Position numbers and translations under genes: made by a program. From Trypanosoma brucei (taxonomy: Eukaryota): a stretch of DNA of 64,000 nt. Location of the stretch: the NCBI GenBank assembly GCA_000002445.1, contig CP000066.1:1376001-1440000 (forward strand), written 5' to 3'. The number at the start of each line of letters is the position of its first letter. The stretch's first letter is position 1. This document shows positions 19,382-30,222 of the stretch, piece after piece. The notes below the pieces were generated by a model that searched no databases, was not told the origin of the DNA, and saw only the letters and a list, made by a program, of their open reading frames with translations.

Positions 19382-22300
19382 ATGGGAACAATAGAAGGCA
19401 CAACTGTGGATTTTGATCCTAACCCACTTCAATGCCCCACTAAAACCATTCTTGTAGGGAATGAGGACGCTACTGCCGGTGTATTACCGCGCACAAGCCG
19501 GCACATTGACTTTACTGACGACGGTAAACTATTCGAGGGTCATTTTACACTCCAAGCTAGCAGTCTCAAATCAATCATTCAAGTTCTTGCAGACCAGCAA
19601 GCGGAGCAGCGGGTAATCATCAACGACCTACAGGATCAGGTGAATAATCTTCGGCAACAAACATCGAAAATGCGTAAGTCGGTACCCACACTGCAGCTTC
19701 CTGCCTCAGTAGGGGGGAGCGCTAAGTCATTTTCCAAGGAATATGAATCCCTTGAACAACGGGTAAAGTCGTTGGAAGGGTTCAGATCACTATGGGGGGC
19801 CCGCACTGAGGATGTGGATGGACTGATAAGTATATACGGGGATCCCGTTGTTACTCCTGACGAGTACACCACTTACATTATGAACCTCCAACCCTTTCGT
19901 GTGGTACGAAGTGAAGCGCGTCACTTTGTTACTTCTCAGGCGGAGCAGCAGAAACAGGCCGTTCGTACTGTGGGCGGTGAAAGAAATGAGAGAACACGCG
20001 GTGCGCGAAGTGCTCGCCTTGCTGATCCTGGGGATGCGGCTGATGATGGTTCGCGGACTCCGCGTGAAGGCGGGTCTCGCGCTCCTCGTGATGGGAGTCA
20101 GTCTGGTCGTGATGACTCACGTGGGTCTCGCCGGTTCCGCAAACGCCAGTCCGCTGATGATGACTCCAAGCCCGCTCGTGAAGATGATTCCGGTGCTCCT
20201 CGCGATGATAGCCAGTCTGGTCGTGATGGCTCGCGTGGACCTCGATCGGCTCGTAATCGGCAGGCTCATGATGCTGAGAGGAAGTCTTCCCGCGATGACG
20301 ACTCTCGTACAGTTCGTGATGACAATAATTTTGCTAACGATGACAATCGTTCTGGCCGTGATGAAACCCGAGGGCGTCGGCGGGTTCGCGAACCCCAGTC
20401 TAATGACGATGGCACCCGGTCTCCAATCGAAGAGTCCCATGCCAACCGCGACGACACCCGGCCTGGCCGTGACGATTCGCGCGGGTCCCGGCGGCAGCGC
20501 AACCGTCAGTCGCACGAGGACGACCTCAAGTCCTTCCATGAGGAGGATGCTCGAACCCACCGTGGCGGGCCCCGTGGGGCTCGCGACCGCGTCACTTATG
20601 GTGAGCATCTGGATTCTCGTGACGGGCTGCGGCAGGACAATATTGGGGATGGGGACACGATATCCGACTTGTCTAAGCGCCTCCAGTTGCTAGAGCAGAG
20701 GGTTCGGTCCGTACACGGCGGCCACAAAAATAATGCTCAGGGATCAGCATCTGAGCAACTGTCGCCAACTTCTGATGCCACCGGCGCAAAGGATTTACAG
20801 GCACGAGAGGACATTGAGGAGTTGAGTCGGTTCGTAGCAAAGCGCTTCAAGGAACTCGAGCGTTCTATTGCGAAGGTTCAAGGTGGAGACTTAAATGTCA
20901 CAGCACCCAAAGCCGGTATGGGTGCAAGGAAATCTGAAACCCCTCCCAAACGGAGGGAGAGATCCCCAACAGTAATGTCCAAAGGTCAGACCGGTGCTGG
21001 GGGCAGCGGGCCCGGTCCGAGTGGCGCCGTTGAAAGTGATCTTCTTCAGAAGGCCGGTAAACCGAGGGAGATTGCCCCTAGTTATACTCCGGTTGTGGAT
21101 GAGGTTGCCCGTGATGACGCTGCCGCTGCATTGGAGCAGGTGGAGCTACTCGAGAAGTATGTGGTGAGGAAGCTAAAGGAACTCACGCCGAGCCTAAGCA
21201 AAGGAGTATCAGACACACACATCTCATCACCCCCAATAGGTTCCACTTCCACTCAGCCTCCTGAACGGCCTTCCGGGGAGAGCCACGTCCCCCGCGGTGC
21301 TGACCGTTCCGCTTCCGAGAAGGTTGCAGTGGACCAGGCTGCTCGAGAAGATACCTCTCGCTTATTTGAACTTGTACATGACCTAGAGGATGATTGGGGG
21401 AAGCGGTGGGCTTCGTTGGAAGAGCGCCTTCGTATCATTGGGCGCGCAGCCGTGAACAAAGGCTCAGTTAACGCGGCCGCACCCGGTACGATCGACAGAA
21501 GAGCGCGGGAGGACGCTTCCATATCACTCATGAGAGTTCAGCAGTTGGAACGAGAAATTTCTAGCTTCCGAAGACTTCTCATGAAACGAAACGGGGCACC
21601 CATGGAAGTTGGATTGTTTGAAGGCCGTATGCAAAGCGGTGGCGCATCCAAGTTAGTAGTCGATGCGCGGGACCAGAAGGAACCAAATGACAATGGTTGC
21701 GCTGGTCTGGGGGCTGTCTTAGAGGGTGCAGATTCCCAGTCACGCGTCCTTGCCCTAGAAAAGGAGGTAGAATCACGGATGGAGGAAGTTAACCGAGCGC
21801 TTGCCACCCTACGTACAGCGCAAGTTGGTCAAGACTTTCCCGATCTTAGCTTTCTGGGAGATGACACAGGAACAAGAAAGTCTACAGCGCCGAGCCAAAT
21901 AGTAATCAGCACCCGGGAGATGGATCTTGCTGCGGCCGGAAATTTTCGGCGCCCGACCCCTGATACGAAGACGTACGCGGCAATGCTTGTCATGTCGTCT
22001 TACGACCCTGCACAACCGTTTCATGGCAGTTACTCAAACTACGATCAGGGGAACCCTATCGTGCTTCGCCCGCCTCAGATGGAGACGTTTGCAACACCAC
22101 TAGTCAGGCGTGAGCCGCAGGATAATCTTACACCCCGGACACGCGGCGAAGCCGGGGTAGCAGTTGGTACACCTCAACATGAAAAATCACCCGTGAACAA
22201 GGCAGCGACTCAGAGCGGTGAGGCGGGCCTATCACCTTCAGGAACGGGTAGCTGTCCCATTAGGATGTCTGGACCAGCGCCGCACCCACCCGACGGGTCT

Positions 22301-22573
22301 GCAATCTGCCCCGTTGCTCCGCACAAACAGAGTGTGATGCAGCACTTGGGTGATATGAGGTCTGTATCTTCTAGAGTGCGCGGGAGGGAGTCCACTAGGA
22401 TGGGGTCGCAGAACATCTTAGGACGAGAAACTGTGCTAGGGACGAAGGGTAGGGCAGGATTAGGTCTTGTTGCAGAATCAAGTGCTTTGGGGCACCGGAC
22501 GCCGTGTGTTGTTCCTAATTGCGCGTGGTGCGCAGTTCAAAATGTAAAGGCAACAGTAAAAACGGCACGCTGA
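19382..22573 (+). CDS. Hypothetical protein (1063 aa) with an R/D/S-rich degenerate repeat region and coiled-coil segments
   Basis: Long + strand ORF. Residues about 200-400 consist of four degenerate units of roughly 40 aa (SRAPRDGSQSGRDDSRGSRRFRKRQSADDDSK, then GAPRDDSQSGRDGSRGPRSARNRQAHDAERKS, and so on). No enzymatic motif recognised. Confidence 0.6.
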   Translation: MGTIEGTTVDFDPNPLQCPTKTILVGNEDATAGVLPRTSRHIDFTDDGKLFEGHFTLQASSLKSIIQVLADQQAEQRVIINDLQDQVNNLRQQTSKMRKSVPTLQLPASVGGSAKSFSKEYESLEQRVKSLEGFRSLWGARTEDVDGLISIYGDPVVTPDEYTTYIMNLQPFRVVRSEARHFVTSQAEQQKQAVRTVGGERNERTRGARSARLADPGDAADDGSRTPREGGSRAPRDGSQSGRDDSRGSRRFRKRQSADDDSKPAREDDSGAPRDDSQSGRDGSRGPRSARNRQAHDAERKSSRDDDSRTVRDDNNFANDDNRSGRDETRGRRRVREPQSNDDGTRSPIEESHANRDDTRPGRDDSRGSRRQRNRQSHEDDLKSFHEEDARTHRGGPRGARDRVTYGEHLDSRDGLRQDNIGDGDTISDLSKRLQLLEQRVRSVHGGHKNNAQGSASEQLSPTSDATGAKDLQAREDIEELSRFVAKRFKELERSIAKVQGGDLNVTAPKAGMGARKSETPPKRRERSPTVMSKGQTGAGGSGPGPSGAVESDLLQKAGKPREIAPSYTPVVDEVARDDAAAALEQVELLEKYVVRKLKELTPSLSKGVSDTHISSPPIGSTSTQPPERPSGESHVPRGADRSASEKVAVDQAAREDTSRLFELVHDLEDDWGKRWASLEERLRIIGRAAVNKGSVNAAAPGTIDRRAREDASISLMRVQQLEREISSFRRLLMKRNGAPMEVGLFEGRMQSGGASKLVVDARDQKEPNDNGCAGLGAVLEGADSQSRVLALEKEVESRMEEVNRALATLRTAQVGQDFPDLSFLGDDTGTRKSTAPSQIVISTREMDLAAAGNFRRPTPDTKTYAAMLVMSSYDPAQPFHGSYSNYDQGNPIVLRPPQMETFATPLVRREPQDNLTPRTRGEAGVAVGTPQHEKSPVNKAATQSGEAGLSPSGTGSCPIRMSGPAPHPPDGSAICPVAPHKQSVMQHLGDMRSVSSRVRGRESTRMGSQNILGRETVLGTKGRAGLGLVAESSALGHRTPCVVPNCAWCAVQNVKATVKTAR
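19980..20590 (+). repeat. Degenerate 120-nt tandem repeats encoding Arg/Asp/Ser-rich units
   Basis: Recurring gctcctcg(t/c)gatgg/at-agccagtctggtcgtgatg(a/g)ctc(a/g)cgtgg blocks, for example at about 20084-20130 and 20204-20250. This region explains the spurious alternative-frame and antisense ORFs at 19899-20693 and 20117-20608. Confidence 0.7.
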
Positions 22574-23309
22574 CCAAACAGCGCGTGACCAGTTTCAGTT
22601 ATTCCATTTATATGCGATCTATGTGCTTAGGAAGTGTGTATGCGTATGAAGTAACGGTTTGTTCGCTGCTCCCCTCTTCCGAAAATAAGGGACATGTTTC
22701 TTTTTACGTGTGCTCCTTTATGTATCTTTTACGCTGTAACGAATGTTAAGAGCCTTTTTTTTAAATATCCCGCGTAGTTTTTTTTTTTTTTTGGGGGGGG
22801 CAATGTGGGGCTAAACCCAAAGAAAAAGGAGGGAAGGGATTCAGACGGCCAATGCTATCCAATTGTTGAATTCTTTTTACGCCTCAGATGCTTGCGGAGA
22901 ATCGGGAGAGGGAAAATGGAGAAGGGATGTAAACAGATTGAGCGGAGGAAGAACATGACTTCGACAGGATCTCACTCTTGATGTTGCATTCCTCATATTT
23001 TTTTTGCTCTGCATGTTGAAATTACCGTCCGTTTTTTTTTTTCGATGCCCATTGTTTGGGGCCCGTTAATTCTTACTGTGCGCCGAGCGTATTTTCTTCA
23101 CCCAAACGTCTTCTTTTGTCTCTTCCCTTTTCTCTTTTTGTTTTATCGTCCATTCGTACTTACCACATCCACAGCCATCGTGTTAGAACGGTACAGTTTT
23201 TCGATAACCATACGTACAGTGAGAGACGCTTAGAGCAACTATCAATACAGTAGGGGAATAAAACTCCAGTAAAACAAGACCGCCCACTCACCCACCCACT
23301 AAGGAGATA

Positions 23310-24134
23310 ATGACAGTAATGGACGTGGATGCCACCGCCATCCCGGATATGATCGAGGCGCAGCTGACTCTTAGCTACAGCCGCCTCACACAACTAATTC
23401 GTCTGATTGTTGACCAGGGCAACGGCCATGATATGGACATTGGGAAGATTATGAATCGTCTAGATGCGCTTGCAAAGGAAAACGCAGAGCTTCGGAAGCG
23501 TGTGGACGAGCTCACAGAGACGACGATGCGCTGTGGAGGCGTCAACGAGGAGGTAGCAGTGTTGAAACGGGAAGTCGCCATTGTGCAGGAGCTCTGTACC
23601 GAGAATACGAAGAGGCTCACCAGCAGTGAAGGCATAAATGAGAGACGATTCGTTAAGTTGGAGGAAGCGGTAAGTACAGTATCGGACACAGGGACAACTG
23701 AAACCCAACGCTTGGACGGATGTATCACCGAGCTTCGATCGGAGAACTTGGAGATGAAGAAGGATGTTGGGTGCTTGAACGACTTCGTAGCCCTTTGGGA
23801 CGGTCATGTAGAGAAGATTCGAGCGCTGACCACACGTGACTCAGAGGGTAATTTGCAGCACGCAGCACATGAGAGGGCGAGATACCTTCACTCCCTTCCC
23901 CCATTCACTAAACTGTTTGAGGAGTTGGAGGTGATGCGGCAGCTGAATCGACATCAGACTACGGACTCACTCGCCGCAAAGGGTGTCGTAGGTGTGTTGA
24001 GGCGCTCAAGCGTCGGCGATATTGCGGGGAATACGGATCCCGCACCCAAATCACCATGCGTGGCGACCCCCGCTGCCGAAACAGAGTCGTGGAGAGAATC
24101 AATGCCACCATCGCTCAGTTGGACAAACGGCTAA
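23310..24134 (+). CDS. Coiled-coil hypothetical protein, 5' part; frame ends shortly after a C5 run
   Basis: Heptad-like sequence (LDALAKENAELRKRVDELTET, VAVLKREVAIVQELCTENTKRL). The frame terminates 60 nt after the C5 run at 24067-24071. Confidence 0.6.
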   Translation: MTVMDVDATAIPDMIEAQLTLSYSRLTQLIRLIVDQGNGHDMDIGKIMNRLDALAKENAELRKRVDELTETTMRCGGVNEEVAVLKREVAIVQELCTENTKRLTSSEGINERRFVKLEEAVSTVSDTGTTETQRLDGCITELRSENLEMKKDVGCLNDFVALWDGHVEKIRALTTRDSEGNLQHAAHERARYLHSLPPFTKLFEELEVMRQLNRHQTTDSLAAKGVVGVLRRSSVGDIAGNTDPAPKSPCVATPAAETESWRESMPPSLSWTNG

Positions 24135-24961
24135 AGGCCCTGGAGACTGAGCGAGCGGAACGAGGTAATGAGGCGCATGGCGCGGCTGCATACAGTTCAC
24201 AGTTCTTCATGGAAAAGGACTCACGCAACGCTGTGCCTCCATTGGTGGAGGGTTTCATTCCCTCGAGGGCTGTTCTAACCGACATCGAAGATCGACTGTG
24301 TTACCTTGAAGCTGCACTCAAAACCGGTAATACCTTGCCATCCTCCCGACGTGTACCACGGTTGCCTGAGAGGGATCTTCCACCAATCGTGGGAGCACCA
24401 CACCCCCCCGGTGCAGCACCATTGCAGGGTGAAGCTGGGGGAGAACCTTCAACTTCCACAAGCAAAGAACGTCAGGCATCCGAGCGGGCTGCAAGCAACG
24501 GCACATCGAATGGGATACCTCCACCTATTCAAGGACATCGAGGGTGCGACGTCAGCAATCCCTCTGCAGGAAACTCATCAAGTGCTGGCGTAAGTCAAGG
24601 ACGGCACGCGGTGGATGACGGCAGTGTGTTGCGACAACGCGTCGACAAACTTGAAGAGAGGGCGTCTGTGCTGGAGAAAAAGAAAGCTGATCGGCGGGAG
24701 GTGCAGCAACTGGAGGAATTTGTAGAGGAATTAGCCAGGCGTTCGTTGGGGCCACTCCAAACTGGTCCAGTGCCTTCCAACATGCAAGAAAATGCGCAAT
24801 TGGGTTACTCAGATGACGTTCTCGGGATGGGGAGAGGCTCGCGAAAAGTGGGCACTGCTCCACTCATGCGCTCCGTATTTGTTGTTGGCATGGGTACACA
24901 GTTGAACGATTCGACGGGCAGCAAAACTTCCGCCACAGTCGCCAACCCCAGGCAACTTTAG
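24056..24961 (+). CDS. Coiled-coil hypothetical protein, 3' part; probably the continuation of the 23310 gene after a single-base frame change
   Basis: This frame is open from 23999. It starts immediately with coiled-coil sequence RVVERINATIAQLDKRLKALETERAER and carries further coiled coil (LRQRVDKLEERASVLEKKKADRREVQQLEEFVEEL). It overlaps the upstream ORF by 79 nt in frame +2. Confidence 0.6.
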   Translation: MRGDPRCRNRVVERINATIAQLDKRLKALETERAERGNEAHGAAAYSSQFFMEKDSRNAVPPLVEGFIPSRAVLTDIEDRLCYLEAALKTGNTLPSSRRVPRLPERDLPPIVGAPHPPGAAPLQGEAGGEPSTSTSKERQASERAASNGTSNGIPPPIQGHRGCDVSNPSAGNSSSAGVSQGRHAVDDGSVLRQRVDKLEERASVLEKKKADRREVQQLEEFVEELARRSLGPLQTGPVPSNMQENAQLGYSDDVLGMGRGSRKVGTAPLMRSVFVVGMGTQLNDSTGSKTSATVANPRQL

Positions 24962-26255
24962 CTCTATGGGGAGCCGCACAATAGTATGTACGATGTTTTT
25001 TTTTTTTTCTCTCTTCTTCTGCACCCGTTTGTCTGGTACGGAGGAAGTAGGTATGTATTTTTCGTTTCATTCTCTTCTGTGGGTTTGCCGCCTTGTCATG
25101 TCTTTCGCATAACAATAAACCAAGAAAGAAAAGTTAACAAATACACGAGACTAGAAGAGTAAACAAACCAAAAAAAATAAATAATAGTTGACGCTTCCCC
25201 CATGGTATTGTTACTAAAAGACGTAGGGATGAGAGAAGAGTGAGTGGGTATTGGGAAAGGGGGAACACTTGGAGGAAGAAAAAAATAAAAACATGAGAAA
25301 TAAAAACGGGTTCGATCTAGTGTTAAATGAGTGAGGTTGTTTACTTGTTGTTTGTAAGCGTAGTGATAGCACTTTAGGACAAAGATTGCGCGTGCGTATC
25401 TGTATGTGAAGGGTTAGTGGGGTACAGTGAAGTGTTAATGGTTGTGGAAAAAAATGTATCACATCCATGTATATATGTGTAAGCGAATGCATTTGCCTCT
25501 ATTTGTCAGGTGTGGAAAGTGCCGCGTTCCGAAACAAGGCATTATATTTGTTCTTCCTCACACACCTTTATGTTGTTTTTTTTTCTATTGTTGTCAATCG
25601 TTGAAGCGACCGACCACATAAGTATGGGGAGGAACCGCGACTGCTTTGTTGAGAAGCCTAAGTTCTTGTGTTTCAGTGGGAAGAGGAAAATATATAGAGG
25701 AGATGCGACAGCATCAGGGTCGTCTCGTATGAACGGCAAAAGAGGATGGGGACAGCCCTTTGCTCTTTAAATTTTAATCCATATCTTGAACTAGGGCGGC
25801 AGTGGAACGAGATAAGCCGGAGGCCTCGACCTAAATAGTTTCGTTCTGCTGGTCGTCTGCATTTCACCGTTTCCCCCCTTTCGGAAGCAGCTTATTTGCC
25901 CTTACGTCAACAACCTTACTTTTGCTTGGTGCAATTGACAGCCGTGTTTACCGCCACACCGCTGCTTTGTGATGTACTTTTACTTACCCCACTTTGACAC
26001 TGTTATTGCCTTGTGCGGGGGCACTTTGTTGAGGTCGTGTGGGTCGGCGTAACTTTTCTTACCCTGTTTTAATTCGTTACAACATATAGTGCCATTCACT
26101 GGTTAAATCGTTTCCTCTTGCCGCTTGTATGGGGATAAGAAATAAAATTTATAAACTATTCCATTTTTTATTGCATTCCTTCAGATTGCTTATCGGGATA
26201 AGGGAACACAAACAACTTGCACACAATAGGGGGGGGGTGCTTTAACGAGGACATC

Positions 26256-27275
26256 ATGAAAACTATGCGTGCGGTTACGCTGAAGGCGTATGGCGCAGTC
26301 AACATGCTGGGAATTGGGCAGGTTCCCGAGCCAGCTTTCTCACGTCCAAACGATGTGCTGATCAAAGTCGTAGCTGCTGGTGTTAACCGTGCGGACATTT
26401 CGCAGCGTCGGGGCCATTACCCACCACCTCCAGGCGTTAGTGAGCTTTTGGGACTCGAAGTGTCTGGCGTGGTGCTGAGGGTTGGTAGCAACGTCAAGCG
26501 CTTCGGTGAAGGCGACCGTGTGATGGCGCTGCTGGCTGGCGGAGGGTATGCCGATCTCGTCGTTGCCCACGAGGGCTCAGTTATGAAAATACCGGATGAG
26601 TACTCGTTTGTCGAGGCTGCTGCAATTCCTGAAGGATTCCTTACTGCTTGGCAGCTGTTGAGACGTCACGGATCGCTAAAAAAGGGACAGTGTGTGCTTG
26701 TCCATGCTGGTGCCAGTGGCGTTGGTACCTCTCTCATGCAGTTGGCGGGTAAGTACTTCGGCGCGAAGGTCGTCGCTACCTGTTCCGAGGGTAAGGTGGA
26801 CTTTTGCAAGAAATTTGCGGATATCGTGGTTGACAGGTCTCCCGATGAAATGGGGAGGTGTTTTTGCCACAAAGTAAAAAGTGCTGTAGGAGACGACGCG
26901 GTGAATCTTGTCGTGGACCCGGTGGTGGGAGGTTCATACCTCAACGAGGATGGCATAGTGTTGGCCCAGGATGGCAAAATTGTAGTCATTGCCCTTATGG
27001 GTGGCTCCAAGGTTGAGTTGAACATCTCTACTCTGCTCCGAAAGCGGGGAACGATTGTTTTTTCAAAGCTTCGTGATCAGACAGATGAGTACAAAGCATC
27101 CCTGGTGGAGGAGTTTGAGAGGGAAGTGATTCCATACTTGAAGGACCGCATCATCACACCTATTGTGCAGCGGACCTTTGCGATGGAGGATGTAGCAGAA
27201 GCTCATGTTTTCATGGAGGGTAATATGACGAATGGAAAAGTTATATTGACAATGTGCGACTCTACAGGTGAGTGA
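26256..27275 (+). CDS. Quinone oxidoreductase-like NAD(P)H-dependent MDR-superfamily enzyme (zeta-crystallin type)
   Basis: MKTMRAVTLKAYG start typical of QOR. Nucleotide-binding HAGASGVGTSLMQLAGKYFGAKVVATCS. Overall GroES-like plus Rossmann layout. The first ATG at 26217 would include a G9 run and is probably not the start. Confidence 0.8.
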   Translation: MKTMRAVTLKAYGAVNMLGIGQVPEPAFSRPNDVLIKVVAAGVNRADISQRRGHYPPPPGVSELLGLEVSGVVLRVGSNVKRFGEGDRVMALLAGGGYADLVVAHEGSVMKIPDEYSFVEAAAIPEGFLTAWQLLRRHGSLKKGQCVLVHAGASGVGTSLMQLAGKYFGAKVVATCSEGKVDFCKKFADIVVDRSPDEMGRCFCHKVKSAVGDDAVNLVVDPVVGGSYLNEDGIVLAQDGKIVVIALMGGSKVELNISTLLRKRGTIVFSKLRDQTDEYKASLVEEFEREVIPYLKDRIITPIVQRTFAMEDVAEAHVFMEGNMTNGKVILTMCDSTGE

Positions 27276-28021
27276 GCCCAGGAGCGGAGTGAAAATCTTA
27301 TTACCATGGTCGTGAACGAAGTGGGCTGTGGCTTCACCTGACATCGCTTCTGGGTGGTGCATCCCATTTTGGTTGAATGCAACTCTTTCTCTTTCTCTCT
27401 CTTTCTTGTGCATTTCCCCCCCCCCTCTGTGGTGTGTGTGTACTGAGCATTAGTGGGTTGACCACTCACATACCACCGACGGCTGTTGGGCGTTAACGCA
27501 CTTTTGTTAGTCATTTTAACCGGCTTCACTTTCATCTCAGTATGTCAGTGCGTGCCATAGGAGGCCAGAGTATGCTTTTTTTTGTTTCGGATTTCACAAC
27601 AAGAAGCTGGTGTGTATTTGAAAATGTAACGGTGACCACATACTGGATCATGCGCTATAAACACACGTACATTTTTTTATGTGTATTGGTGCTATTTTTT
27701 TCCGATTGTTTCAAGCTTATCGACATTTAAATTAGTGTTTGACATCGTCTTTCAACCCCCTACGATTTCGCGCGAACCCCCTCTCCCTCTGGTTGCAGTC
27801 GGAATGCTTCGTTTGGGCCAACGCGGATGCCGGCCAATGGTCTGCGCCCCGCAAGAGGGGGAAAAAAAATGATACTGTGCATCCCCTGTTTTTTGATATC
27901 GTCATGTCTCTATCTTTATCTTTCCCTGTTGTTTATTTCTTTATTGTTACTTACTATGTGATAACCATCGTTATGGGGAAGGAAGTGTAATGGTGGAGCC
28001 GTAGGAACTGTTTGCAGAGAA

Positions 28022-29722
28022 ATGTTCATTTATGTCCGCTGCTTACTCCGCATGGCCACATCAGGTGAACTAAAGTCACACTTATCGCGTCTTCGGGCTG
28101 CAGGTCGAGCTGGGGAGAGCCAAATTCGCCAGCGACGCGCTTTGCTTCGGGGGACGAGGCAGCGGCGACATCAGCAGGTCAGAGATGCCGGTTTGTCTTC
28201 TCGTCGTTCCACCTCCTCCACTGGGGCGGATTGTTCCAGTAAACTCCGTGACATGCTTCCGCGGAATGACTTGCTGGAGAGCGCCATTGCCTTGACCATA
28301 AGTGAAAACCGTGATGCGCGTACCGAGCTTGAATTCATGCGTCATTTTATGGTTGGTTCGCTCTTGTCGCTTGCGTCACCCGTTGGTATTTGGGATCCGT
28401 ACGACGTACAACCACAGGTGTTTGCGTTAGATAAGTACATTGCACTTCCTGTGTTTACATCGGTCGACTACCTGCGCCTGTTCTGCAGGCGCTTTCGATT
28501 TACTGTACGCGACCCCAGCGGAGTGCTGTGGGCTGATGGTCCCGCCGAAGCGGCAGAGGAGGAGCAGAACGGTGGGGCCGCCTGCACTTTGCCTCTTCCC
28601 GATGTCATGGCGAGCGAATGGTGGGCTCGGCACGTTCGGCGCCAGTCGTCAAATACGCTGTCTGGTGCAACCGAGATGTGTGCGACTCGGAGAGGGCCGT
28701 TATTGGCAGCGGCAGCTGTTCCTGTTGCCGAGGAGATTACGGCTGTTAACGAGCACAACCATCGTACTTGTTGTATGGGAGCTGATGAACTTTTTAACTA
28801 TTTGGAGTCCCAACCGGTGGAGACGGACGGGAAGGCACAAAATATGGGAAAGCGGCGCAAGAAAGGGAAAAAAGTATGTAGGGTGGGTATGCGCGGAAGA
28901 AAGGGAACGTTGGAGAGAAGGGATGTTCCAGGGGGCGAAGAAGCCACAGGAAACCGTTGCCGTGAGAACGAGGAGGCGATTGCAGCGTTTTGGGCGAAGG
29001 TGCGCAGCACGGCCCCCTTTCAGATCAAGCAGGCAACACCACTTCCTACATTTGGTCCTTTGCTCCACTCCTTCTTTGTTGGCTACTTTGCTGACACGGA
29101 AACTCTATTGCATAATGCCTCTATTGTTCCTGAGAAGGTGGACATTGTCCTTAACCCAGCGTCTCCCATTGAGTTTGTACTTGCGCGGGAGGCAACGGAC
29201 CGTGTACTGCAGAAGGATCAGCTTCTGCTGCTGGCTTATCGCCGGGTGGAACGGGAACTCTGCGGAGAGTTCCACCGTTTTTTCTGCCTTTTCGCACCAG
29301 AAGTGTTGTGGGCCCGGAGTGCCTGCGTCCCGTCCCCCGTTCCCGGGACTGATAAGGAAGTGGGGTATGAGGTGGTCATTTTAGTTCAAAGCGAGGACCC
29401 TGAATTTACGCTTTCATCGCTCCGCGCTGCGAAGGCGCGTTGTCTACTTATGGGCCATGCCGACTTGCATATATTGCCCTGGGCTGCCGCTGCCCCACAC
29501 GTTCAGGAGGCCTCCGTGGTATTTTACGAGCGCGCCGCATGCTCGAAGGGCGCCGGCTCCAGTAACCGCGGAGAGCTTGGAGTCTTTGAGCAACGGGGCC
29601 CTGTACAAACAATCAACGTGGCTCGACCAGCCGACAACTTCTTCCATGACCCAAGTGCCGCTTACACGGAAAGTCATGCCGTATTCACAGAGGAGTTGAA
29701 GGTGAGACGACGTATGCTCTAG
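28022..29722 (+). CDS. Hypothetical protein (about 555-566 aa); start uncertain between 28022 and 28052 (MATSGEL)
   Basis: Long GC-rich + strand ORF with no recognised motif. The overlapping alternative-frame ORF at 28440-29384 has arginine/proline-rich junk composition and is rejected. Confidence 0.5.
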   Translation: MFIYVRCLLRMATSGELKSHLSRLRAAGRAGESQIRQRRALLRGTRQRRHQQVRDAGLSSRRSTSSTGADCSSKLRDMLPRNDLLESAIALTISENRDARTELEFMRHFMVGSLLSLASPVGIWDPYDVQPQVFALDKYIALPVFTSVDYLRLFCRRFRFTVRDPSGVLWADGPAEAAEEEQNGGAACTLPLPDVMASEWWARHVRRQSSNTLSGATEMCATRRGPLLAAAAVPVAEEITAVNEHNHRTCCMGADELFNYLESQPVETDGKAQNMGKRRKKGKKVCRVGMRGRKGTLERRDVPGGEEATGNRCRENEEAIAAFWAKVRSTAPFQIKQATPLPTFGPLLHSFFVGYFADTETLLHNASIVPEKVDIVLNPASPIEFVLAREATDRVLQKDQLLLLAYRRVERELCGEFHRFFCLFAPEVLWARSACVPSPVPGTDKEVGYEVVILVQSEDPEFTLSSLRAAKARCLLMGHADLHILPWAAAAPHVQEASVVFYERAACSKGAGSSNRGELGVFEQRGPVQTINVARPADNFFHDPSAAYTESHAVFTEELKVRRRML

Positions 29723-30222
29723 CAAGAGGGTAATGTTTTGTTCCAAAGCATTGGCTGACGGTCGTTTACTGTCGGTCTTATATGAGAGATGCGACATCTG
29801 GAAATGCGTTTGGATGTTTCTGCACTTTCCTCTTCAATCACATAATTAATTTTTACGTGTTCTATCTAAGAGGTGGAAGGGGGGTTTGGTGAGTTGCTAT
29901 TTATTGTGTTATTGCAACTGCCTGTTCATGGAATGCTTCTTTTTCCTTTTTTGATGTATTCGCTTTCTGCCTGCGTTCATAAGTGTTTTTGGGTAGTTGG
30001 TGCCGTTATTGTTTATTTAGAGGAAGGCGCGTGAACTTACACATAATTGTACCCGTTAGTGAAGCCTTTTTTTTTCTTTTGCACAATTGGAGAAACCAAG
30101 AGGGAACGTTGGTAGTGATAGAAGGGAGTCGAAAAGAAGGGGACGAATAACTGTGAAATAGGAGAGTGCAGGCTCGTGTTGTGTCAACTACTCGCCGTTA
30201 ATTAAGCTATAGGGGTCTTGCT

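Noticed and set aside
19899-20693. 264-aa + strand alternative-frame ORF, together with the minus-strand ORFs at 20117-20608 and 20266-20502
   Set aside because: All lie within the R/D/S repeat region of the 19382 gene. Periodic GC-rich repeats suppress stop codons in every frame, and the translations are Leu/Val/Met low complexity.
28440-29384. 314-aa + strand ORF in a different frame inside the 28022-29722 gene
   Set aside because: Arg/Cys/Trp-rich translation with no domain. It sits in the other frame of a longer, better-composed ORF.
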